A stretch of DNA of 64,000 nucleotides. It comes from Amoebidium appalachense. Its lineage: Eukaryota; Protista; Ichthyosporea. The DNA is taken from NCBI GenBank assembly GCA_963693365.1, contig CAVNZM010000002.1, positions 11,278,328-11,342,327 on the forward strand, given 5' to 3'. The notes under the pieces are model-generated. The model ran no database searches and was not told the DNA's origin. It was given only the letters and a program-made list of their open reading frames with translations. The translations under genes were made by a program, and so were the position numbers. Positions 45,879 through 64,000 of the stretch are shown one piece after another (positions within the stretch are counted from its first letter, which is position 1; each line of letters begins with the position of its first letter).

Positions 45879-47081
45879 GAGAGCGAGCGAGAGAGAGAGA
45901 GTGTGTGTGTGTGTGTGTGTGTGGAGAGAGGAGAGTGAGAAGAGAGAGAGGGGGGAGGGCTGAGAGAGAGAGGGGGGCGGAGGGGGGGGGGGGGGAAGGA
46001 GGGAGGGAGAGGGAGAGAGGGAGGGAGGGAGATAGGGAGGGAGGGAAGGAGGGAGGGAGAGAAGGCGGGAGGAAGGGAGGGAGGGAGGGAGGGGGAGGGA
46101 GGGAGGGAGGGAGGGAGGGAAGGAGGGAGAGAGAGAGATATTGAGACTTTGATATTCCGTGAAAGCACAGAGCAACGTGATTCAACTAAAGGTAGGCAAA
46201 AGGAGAGATGGTATCGGGGAAGGAACGGACTTCTGAAAAGGGATTAAAATCGAAGGGGAGGCAGAGTACAGAAACACCTGGAGGGGGGAGGGGGGGGAAG
46301 GGGGAGGACACGTTGGCAGATACGGAGAGGGTGGGAGGGTAGGAGGGAAAAGGGGGGCGGGGGAAGGGGGGAGCGACGGTGGAATGAAGAGAACCCAAAT
46401 GAAGTAGTGGGGGCCGGGGGGAGGGTGGGGGGGGGGGAGGGGGGGGGTAGGGGAGGGGAGGGGAACGGATATTGGGCGAAAAAGGGAAGGTGAAGCGGGA
46501 CTGGGAAAAGAAGAGAAGCACATGTTTTTCTTTGAGACAGGGGGAAAGGGGAAAAGACACAGGAGAGAGAAAAAAAATAATTCACAAGTGTAGAAAAAGG
46601 GAAATATGAAGACCGAATGACGTTGAAAATAGTGAGGACAAGCAAACACGGAGATCGTGCGAAGGAAGCAAAGATCACAGGGCAACAGACCCAAAGTGCT
46701 ACCTCCTACCTCCAAACGTGTGGTGTCTCACGGGAGCATGCCCTAGAGCAACAGGCAAGTGAACACACGTGCTCTATTGGAAAGACCGGAACCAGAAAAA
46801 AGGGGGTCACAACCAAAGCAATAAATTGCAGAAGGAAGGGAAGGCAGGGGGGTGAGGGGAGCTGGGAACAGGAAACGGGGAGGCCCTACAAAAGGGTAGG
46901 GGTAAGGTGAGGTGCCGGAAGGGGGGCAGGAGGGGGGGGGGGGGAGGGGGGGGGGGAGAAGGGCGGGAGTGTGGGAGGGAGGGGGGGTGGGTGGTTGGGT
47001 GGGTGGAACGGTAAAAGTAGGACGCCTACCCACTCCAGGCTGCTTGCGGCACATAATCAAATCGGGATGATGCTTCGCCAT
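42691..47081 (-). CDS. PHF5A: PHD finger protein 5A / SF3b14b / Rds3 (U2 snRNP SF3b subunit), 110 aa, 4 exons
   Basis: Exons 47030-47081, 44921-44944, 43833-43999 and 42691-42780 give [110 protein letters not shown]. Confidence 0.98.
42947..43026. repeat. (GGTT)n microsatellite in PHF5A intron 3
   Basis: About 20 direct GGTT units. Confidence 0.95.
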
Positions 47082-47565
47082 GGTGCTGTGTTGCCCTCTT
47101 GGGCTCGGACACCAGCAACAAAGAAAAAAAGAAAGGCCTAAATAGGCTACAATGTATAGATTAAAGCCGTCTTAGTGGGTGTTGAACCCCAAAAAACGCT
47201 AACCCTGTGTATCTGGTGCTTCAGTTATAAATCTATAACTCACCAACATTGAATAAGTGGCGTGCTGTAAACAAACGGTTTGGCTTTTGGAGAAAATGCA
47301 CTGCACCCCGTCAGCCTGTGCAGCTCGGAGTTTTTCATGTGCACAGCTGCACCATGACGTCACGAACGGGGGCTAGTCCGTTATTATGTCGTCATTTTAA
47401 TGAATTAAGTAGGTGCTCTCTCAGTCATCTGAGCAAAAACCTCCAATTGGATAATCACTTTGTAGACTATTGGGTGATCCCGCAGTTGATGAAGCGCGGG
47501 CATAGACATACAGATCACAGTTGTGTTTTTGCTAAGTTCGAGTCACTGCGTATACCAACATCAAA
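47082..47565. promoter_or_regulatory. Bidirectional promoter between PHF5A and ITPA
   Basis: Divergent ATGs are 484 bp apart and the interval is free of C/G homopolymers. It contains TGACGTCA (CRE palindrome, 47356-47363), and CAAAATGGCGGC (YY1-like) overlaps the ITPA ATG. Confidence 0.7.
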
Positions 47566-47798
47566 ATGGCGGCGGCTAGTGGGCGCCGCATAGTGTTTGT
47601 GACGGGCAACGCCAAGAAGCTCGAGGAGGTGGTGGCCATAGTGGGCGACAGCGTGCCTCTCATCAGCAGAAAGCTGGACCGTGAGACTCCCCTCCCCTCC
47701 CCCCCCCCCCCCCCCCTTCTCCCCCTTCCCCCGTCGTTGCCCCCCCTTCTAACACTTACCTCCCGATCCCTCTTTCTCCTTCTCGGCAATTCTCCCCC

Positions 47799-47840
<42 letters not shown>

Positions 47841-48053
47841 CACTTTCCTCACCCGATGCCTCCCCACCACCTGGCATTTTAGAACTAGTATATAAGTTTC
47901 TTCGGAACTTTCGTTACGGCATCGCCCATGTAGGGCAACCAACCTGGGTTTTTCGCTTTTATGTCATCCTGGTTTTCGATTTCCCCCCCCCCCCTTCCCC
48001 CCGGGGGACCACCACCTCTGCCGCCGATCTCCCTTTCCTTCCGCCCCTCCCCC

Positions 48054-48105
<52 letters not shown>

Positions 48106-48451
48106 CCCCCCCGCCCACTCTCCCGCTACTGGCGCTTGCCTTTTAACGAGGGACCTAGTGTTTGCCCCTTCGGTGTCCTTCAGGTGAAACCAAAATATTG
48201 AAACTTTTCTTTTCTGACCGACCCTGCGGCAGTGCCCGAGCTGCAGGGGGAACCAGAGGACATATCGAAGGAAAAATGCAGGCTGGCTGCAAAGGAGGTA
48301 CTACTGCTTGGACATCCCTTCCTCCCCCCCCCCCCCCCCCCTCCCCCTGCGCCCCTCCCCTTCCCCAAATGCAGACGTATCAACCATAGCAGGCATGCAC
48401 GGAAGTGGACTTGTAGGCAGCACGAGGAGACACACACACACAAGGGTACAC

Positions 48452-48523
<72 letters not shown>

Positions 48524-49073
48524 GGCAATGTGGACCACGTGGCGTGCACGTTGCAATTTCTCAAAAGTTTAACACCACACAGCCACCCACCGCCTCAGCA
48601 TATCAATACGAGTCTTGCCACCATTTCAATGCCTTCCTACTTGGTCTTTTCATTTTGCCACCTTGTTTAAAGATAGTTCTACTTTTAGCGTTGTGATATC
48701 AACCTACCTTTTCTTTGGCTCTAGATGTGCTGATATGAGATGTGTGTGCGCGCGCAGGTTCAGGGGCCCGTTCTGACCGAGGATACGTGTCTTTGCTTTA
48801 ACGCGCTTAAAGGACTGCCGGGCCCATACATGTAGGTTCTGAGGGAGACAAGTGCACGTGCATACCCCCTCTTCATTCCCTTGCCTGCCCCCCGGTAGGA
48901 CTCTTGCTTTTCTTCTCCCTTCACGATTAAGTCTGTTGTGATCTGTTGATGAACCAATTTAAACCGGTTTGTTGTAGAAGAGACCCCCCGCGGGGGGGGG
49001 GGGGGGGGGGGATTGGATAGGGCAAGAGAGGACAAGGGAGACGGGTGGAGGTGGAGGAGGGGGTGGGGATGAA

Positions 49074-49108
<35 letters not shown>

Positions 49109-49724
49109 GGAGGAAGGGGAGGGAATGGGGAGAAGGGGAGAGGGGAGTGAGCGGTTGTATTTTTCACCAAAACCTGGCAGGATAATTCTGAGAAGAAAAG
49201 TTTTTTTTTTTTTTTTTTTTGGTTGAAATCTCTGTTTGTGAGATAACCATTGTTTCAATGTTTTGCAAGTTAAAGGACAGCAGATGGAGAAAGGTCTCGA
49301 TGATACTTGAAGGTATAGTGATATGGTGCAAGTGGAGGATGGTAAATGGTGATGACTGGCAGCGGGTGGGTTTGGTTTGTGTTAAACAAGAGAGGAAGTG
49401 TGCGCTGTGCTTCGGAAGGTGGAGGTAGTACCCCGGGAAGGGGGAGGGAGGCGGCCGGGGGGGGGGGGGGGGGGGGGGGGGGGGTGGGGAGGGGGGGGGG
49501 GAGTGAGGGGATGATGGAGAATTTCTGACTGCTTCCCTCCTTTTAACCAATCCCTCTCTTGCATTGCCTTTCTGCTTTGCAGGCATGAACACACAACAAA
49601 CACATGCACACATGCATACTACACTCCCTTGCACACATCTCGGCCCGACAAACACACACACGTGTGAACACGGATGTGCACTATGCATGCACGCTCACAC
49701 TCTTGTACACTCAAACAACACACG

Positions 49725-49810
<86 letters not shown>

Positions 49811-49894
49811 GTGGTTCCTGGACAAACTTGGCCACGAAGGTAATTCCCCTTGTCCCGGTCAGGTCCTCCTGTTACAAATGGGTGGGTGGAGGGT

Positions 49895-49925
<31 letters not shown>

Positions 49926-50567
49926 TTGCTTTCTGTTAGATGTGATTACCGGATCCAAATATACAGTCTTATGGTAGTGCCAGTTTCGTGCATGTGGCAT
50001 TCCTTTTAGAATTAATTCTAAAGCATTCCTTTTAGAATTAATTCTAAAGCAAACGAGTATCCGTGAGAATGAATTTTTTATAAATCGATATCCCGTTTGG
50101 ATGTGGGACTCGGTGTTTCAACAATCGCTCTCCTGGCGTTTCATGTTTTATCGCGTCTATCTTTTGGTACATTCGGTGAGACATGAGACAGGTGTGGCAT
50201 TGTGTGTTGGGGTGCTGTTAAGTCTGTGGTGTCTTGGCGTCATCACCATGATCTGTTCACAGCTGTAAACTTGTACTGTGTTGGCACTCCAGAGCAGTCC
50301 ATACACATGCCACTAACAGTACCTTACCCCCCCCCCCCCCCCCCCCCCCTCCCCCCCCCAGGTCTCAACAATCTGTTAGCTGCCTATCCCGACAAGTCGG
50401 CGTATGCTCTTTGTACTTTTGCTTACTGCGAGGGTCCGGGCCACGAGCCAATCGTGTTTGCTGGAAAGACACACGTGAGTATCCGTTATGCCCTCTCCCC
50501 CCCCCCCCTCACTCCCCCCCCCCCCTCCCCTCCCCTCCCCCCCCCCCCCCCCCCCCTTTTTTTTTTT

Positions 50568-50609
<42 letters not shown>

Positions 50610-51406
50610 ATAGTAGAAAAGGTCTTTCTTGGTGTTACTAACTAGAAAAGGCCCGTTTTCATGAGAAATCATGTTATCTCCCGCTCGAGTTTTCTTGTTC
50701 AACTCGAGGGGACTATGGTGTTGGGTGATGCATGACTTCACAGGGGGAGGGGGGGGGGGGGGGGGAGAGGGGGGGGGGGTTGCCTTCGACACACCACGCC
50801 CACGTGAGTGTGTGCACATCATGCACAGGCCCCATGTGCACAGCGAACACGAGCAGGCACGCACACAAACAAACAAACAAACAAACAAACAAACAAACAC
50901 ACACACACATACACGCGTGCACACACACAGGCACGCACACACACAGGCACGCACACACACACACACCCGGGTAAACAAAATTTAAAACAGGTTAGAGGGT
51001 GCCATTATAATATAATGTCATTATATGCCACGGCCAGAAGGGTTACCAGTCTTTGGTATTTATATTTTCGGCCATGCAATCACTGCCTGCACCCTCCTGG
51101 CAATCTATTTGGCGTTTTAACCACGTGTGGCTTACCCTTTCTGGTAGCACCATGCATGGCCAATCATTCCCTTTGAGTACTGGCCATATATGGTGATCTT
51201 TCCGTTCACTTACCATATATGGTGATTTTGCCTTCACTAATCATATATGTTGATCTTGCCGTTCACTTACCATATATGGTGACCTTGCCGTTCGCTTACC
51301 ATATATGGCTATTTCAGGGCAAGATTGTGCCTGCCCGTGGTCCCCCTGACTTTGGCTGGGACCCAGTCTTCCAACCGGATGGCTTCGACCAGACGTAATT
51401 CCCCCC

Positions 51407-51438
<32 letters not shown>

Positions 51439-52352
51439 TTGTCCCCGGGTATAATGTGTTGTCCAGTTTACCTGTGTGCCCCGTAGGTCTACAACACATG
51501 TCAACCCCCAACCCCCCCCTCCCCCCCTTTACTTCCATGCAACCGGGCATGGTTGCTCTGTGTCGTGCATCTGTAAGCACATACGCATTTTTCGCTGCAC
51601 TGCATTAGTTACGCATTTTTCGCTGCACTGCATTAGTTTGCACACACGTCTTCACCGTTTTTCTCACCTTGCTTGCATAAGCAACCCTGCTCGTCTTTGA
51701 TCAAGACGGGTTGACCCGCCCAAGTTCAGTTGATGCTGCTGTCTGAGTTGGAGTGTCGTATACACGCGGGCTAAGGGGTTGAAACTCAAACGCAATTGAT
51801 GACTTGGGTCTTCCCTGAGGATGGGCTCTGCTATGACGCATACTGTGCGCATGGCTGATGTTGCATACTTGAATGTTTGCCTTTGCATGTGTCCTGCACC
51901 ATGCTTTTCGTCGTGTATGCGTACTTCGTACCGTGTTCCGCATTCAAACCTCCCCGATCCCTCCCCTCCCCCAGGTGATAATAGTCGTTCATCCATATAA
52001 ATGGTTTATAACATAAAAGCGAAGGCGTTGAATGTAATGACGATAAGAATAGCCGCAAAACTATTCGTATTACTACTCTTAGTAGTTGTAACAATACTTC
52101 GGTCTATAAATCAGTAACATCGTTATTATAAGATGTATAACCCCTCCCCCCCCCCCCCCCCCCCCCCCCCCCCCACGCTTCCCCCCCGCGCTGCCACCGC
52201 CTCTACCACTGCCCTGCCGCTTTTGATGCATATTCTTTTGTGTTCTTTATGTGGGCAAGGCAATCTGACTCGTGTCGTCCGGCGTGTGCCCCTCGTACTC
52301 TGCACACATTATCAAGCTCACACATGAACGTGTGTGCGCGCAGACGCTCACA

Positions 52353-52408
<56 letters not shown>

Positions 52409-52409
52409 C

Positions 52410-52482
<73 letters not shown>

Positions 52483-52602
52483 CACACACACACACACAGG
52501 TATGCCGAGATGGACAAGGCAATCAAGAACACCATCTCCCACCGCTACCGTGCCCTGGCCCAGGTCAAGGAGTATCTCACTAAAATAGCATCCAATCAGT
52601 AG
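47566..52602 (+). CDS. ITPA: Inosine triphosphate pyrophosphatase (HAM1 family), 7 exons
   Basis: Exons encode [104 protein letters not shown] and [19 protein letters not shown]. Confidence 0.98.
49997..50048. repeat. 26-bp direct duplication containing an 18-bp palindrome
   Basis: GCATTCCTTTTAGAATTAATTCTAAA x2; TTTAGAATTAATTCTAAA is self-complementary. Confidence 0.9.
51184..51308. repeat. 29-bp minisatellite built on CCATATATGG, abutting the ITPA exon-6 acceptor
   Basis: CCATATATGG at 51184, 51213, 51270 and 51299, with a degenerate copy at 51241. Confidence 0.9.
51667..51950 (+). mobile_element. Repeat family B, ~285-bp copy in ITPA intron 6
   Basis: Reverse complement of the copies at 2790, 3369 and 58531; ends GCATTCAAACC followed by a C-rich tract. 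Confidence 0.85.
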
Positions 52603-53075
52603 AGTTTGTTAAAATAAGATGTATATAAACAGACTGAAGTTTGCTTGTTTTTTTGTTTGTTTGTTAGTTTGTTTGTTGTTTTTGTTTTTTGACATCCATT
52701 CTGTACCTGTACATGACATGAAACTCTGTACGTGACACCAGAGGCTTTAACTGTTCAGAAATTTCTTGTGTTCTATGGTGAGAATTTGAATATCTTGTGT
52801 TGCACCGAGGCAGGCACAGGATTACCTGGAAATTTCAAGCTATGCGTAAAGGTCTAAGTTGGCACTCGCCTGACATCAAATTCATGGCGTTTAACTCTTG
52901 TCAGTGAGTGGATTGAATGGGTGGCTTTCTCATGTATGGCGTGATCTCCTTTTTTTTCAAATTGCGCATTTGGAAATAAAACCACGGAGCAATACCGGCT
53001 GGTGTATGTGCGCACGCACGACTGTACGTGTGTGCAGGTGTGTATGTTCACATACGTGGCGTGTGCATGGGTGCT

Positions 53076-53134
<59 letters not shown>

Positions 53135-54156
53135 TTGTGTGTGTGTATATGTGTATGTGTGTGTGTGTGTGTCTGCGCGCGTGCGCGTGTGAGAGTGTGT
53201 GGCATGCGTGCGTGCATGCTTGTGGCGTGTGTGTGGTCAGTGGTGGTGGCGGTGGTGTTGCCGAGTGTGTGTGTGTGGGGAGGGGAGGGGGGGGGGGGGG
53301 GGGGGGGGTAAAGGAGAGTGAGGCCCTAAGGTCATCTATGATTGAGGGGCACCTGACGCTTGAAGTAATAGAACTGTGTGGGAGGGAGTTCATGGAGTCC
53401 GACCAGTTCGTATTTTACGCCGTGGATGGGCCGCCGGCTTTACGTGAGGAGTGGGTGAGACACTGTGTGTGTGTGCGCGCGCACCATATGCATGTGCAGA
53501 GTGTGCTACGATACGGTACGTGCGTGTGCATGCGTATGCGCATCATGTGTCCATGCCGTGGGACTCCGGAGGGGGGGGAGGCATGCATTTAAATTTCAGA
53601 GATTTCTTTACGCCAACTTTATTTTTGCTAGCATTTTTTATACATGTACAGCCATGTATTGTTGTGCAGATGTACAGATCCGCGCAGGCCAGTATCATCT
53701 TTTGTAAATGGCAAAAATATACACAAACATTAATTCCATATTTGGGATGCATGGTCTGCGGCTTTTCAATGTGCCATTGCCACCGGGTGCAGTTGTTTTC
53801 GGCGGCCCTCTCAAAGTTAAACACAGACACCGACAACTGGTCATTTTCTACCTGTTACATACAGTTATTGCTTCGTTTATCTATCTTGTTCAGAATCTGA
53901 TCTGCATATGTAATTACTCAGTAGTAGTATACAGCTGTCACACCCATGCTCTGATAGCTTTAGCTATGCTGGATGGTATCTTCCTGGTGCATGGCTGTAC
54001 ATGTGCCAGGCTGCGAGGAAGCATGCAACACGACCATCAATGGGGATACAGTAATCATGCATATGGTAGGGTTGGCCAATCACACCACCTGCAAAACTTG
54101 ATTGGATACCAGTGTACATGATCATCCCATATATGATTGAACGAGTCCCCCCCTCC

Positions 54157-54191
<35 letters not shown>

Positions 54192-54601
54192 TTCTCCCCA
54201 AAACCCCCAACCCCCCACACCACCACCATCACCACACACACGCCCCACCCCACTTACTCAACCAAACCTCGGGATGTTATGTGAAAACACAAACATTCAC
54301 ACTCTCTTCAATCGCTTGCACGCGTGATATGGCAGGCAACATCTGAAGACAGAAGGAAGCCAATTTGCAGCGAAAGAGACTTACGAGAAATACGCTGCGT
54401 TCGAATTCCAAGGCCAACTATGGGAATATGCACAATTTATGACTGGACCATACCACTTCACGGGCGATTTACACGAAAACCTATGCGGCAAAAGTTCACT
54501 ACGTGATATACGGTACAGCTAAAGACGGGTGGAAAGCCGTATTCTTTCTAGGAAATTTGGGTCCCAAAAAAGGAATTCCCTAATTAGGCATATTTCCGTC
54601 T

Positions 54602-63251
<8,650 letters not shown>

Positions 63252-63695
63252 TTTACTGTGCCAAATATCTCTTCCTGCGAGCCAAATGCCTCTGCTTTGT
63301 GTGGTTTTTGAGGCCTTCTGTGTAAAATATTCTTGGTTGGCTGCTAAAGGGGTTCAGCTCGTAATGCCTGTTCATTGCCTTTCCCGTTTTCACTCTCTCA
63401 TTTTTTTCACTCTCTCACTGGTTGAGTTGTTTTCTTTTTGGCCACGAGGGTAAAAAACTTTGTATTTGGGGTTGCTTTTTGGGGTTGCTGTTTGTTTTCA
63501 TTGATTGTTGTTTAGGAGTTGCCTGGTTCGCCCCGACGTCGACCTGCAGGGAGGGCTGTCGCGCAAACAGCAAAGTAGCGCAACGTGTTCCATTATGATA
63601 TCATCGACCTGACAGCCAATCACTTGGCTTATTCTTGCGCAATACCTACGTAAGTGGTGTGCATTAAACCAATCAATGCTTTGATGCGGACGGCA

Positions 63696-63998
63696 TTAAA
63701 GATTGTGAATCCTGTAGCCGGCAACCTTTTTTAGTTTTTGTTGCCGAGTACGTTGTTGGAACCATCTCAACTCAAAGAACAACTCAAAGAACATGGATCT
63801 CATCGCAGCATAGTCAATAAAGGATAGATACGAAGCAAGTAGAGCGTTGTTTAGTTTAGCTCGACGCATGCCCTTGGTCTCCACAACATCAAAAAGCATT
63901 GATACAACAAGTGAAAAAAAAGGGATCTGCTTGAGCAACTCCCAATAGCAGAAAACAGGGTAGACAGGAAAAGAAGGACAACGTATACCTTGGGGAAG
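63696..63998 (-). other. Open frame running off the right edge; possible 3' end of a neighbouring gene or TE
   Basis: About 100 stop-free codons of non-repetitive sequence; no recognisable motif. Confidence 0.2.
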
Positions 63999-64000
63999 CT

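Noticed and set aside
46711-46743. Poison exon in PHF5A intron 1
   Set aside because: The 33-nt AG..GT block is in frame with no stop and has no other support.
51184-51308. CRISPR-like array of palindromic repeats
   Set aside because: The intervening sequences are homologous to each other; this is an ordinary 29-bp minisatellite.
51778-51830. Hammerhead ribozyme in family B (GAAAC..GTC..CTGAGGA)
   Set aside because: No stem I can form, stem II pairing is poor, and the GTC cleavage triplet is not conserved in the copies at ~3480 and ~58675.

Overview
Intron-rich eukaryotic genomic DNA. Animal-like gene content and E2F/CCAAT motifs suggest a unicellular holozoan-like opisthokont, but this is inference. 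Introns are saturated with poly(C)/poly(G) runs and (CA)n/(GT)n/(GA)n microsatellites, so almost all long ORFs in the six-frame track are spurious; genes were rebuilt by hand from GT-AG exons. The genes are: a QDE-1/RDR-type eukaryotic RNA-dependent RNA polymerase (minus strand, running off the left edge), apparently preceded in frame by a mitochondrial-presequence + PPR module; a SPATA22-like meiotic OB-fold gene; Cdc25 phosphatase; PHF5A and ITPA head-to-head; and UBLCP1. Three non-LTR-like repeat families (A, B, C) all end in AAAC(C)n instead of a poly(A) tail. The best candidates for new biology are (1) a possibly mitochondrion-targeted PPR-RdRP fusion, (2) C-tract-terminated retroelements, (3) (CA)n-CAG splice acceptors lacking polypyrimidine tracts and (4) an animal-type NF-Y/E2F/CHR promoter upstream of Cdc25. 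Homopolymer lengths and some exon joins are uncertain without RNA-seq.
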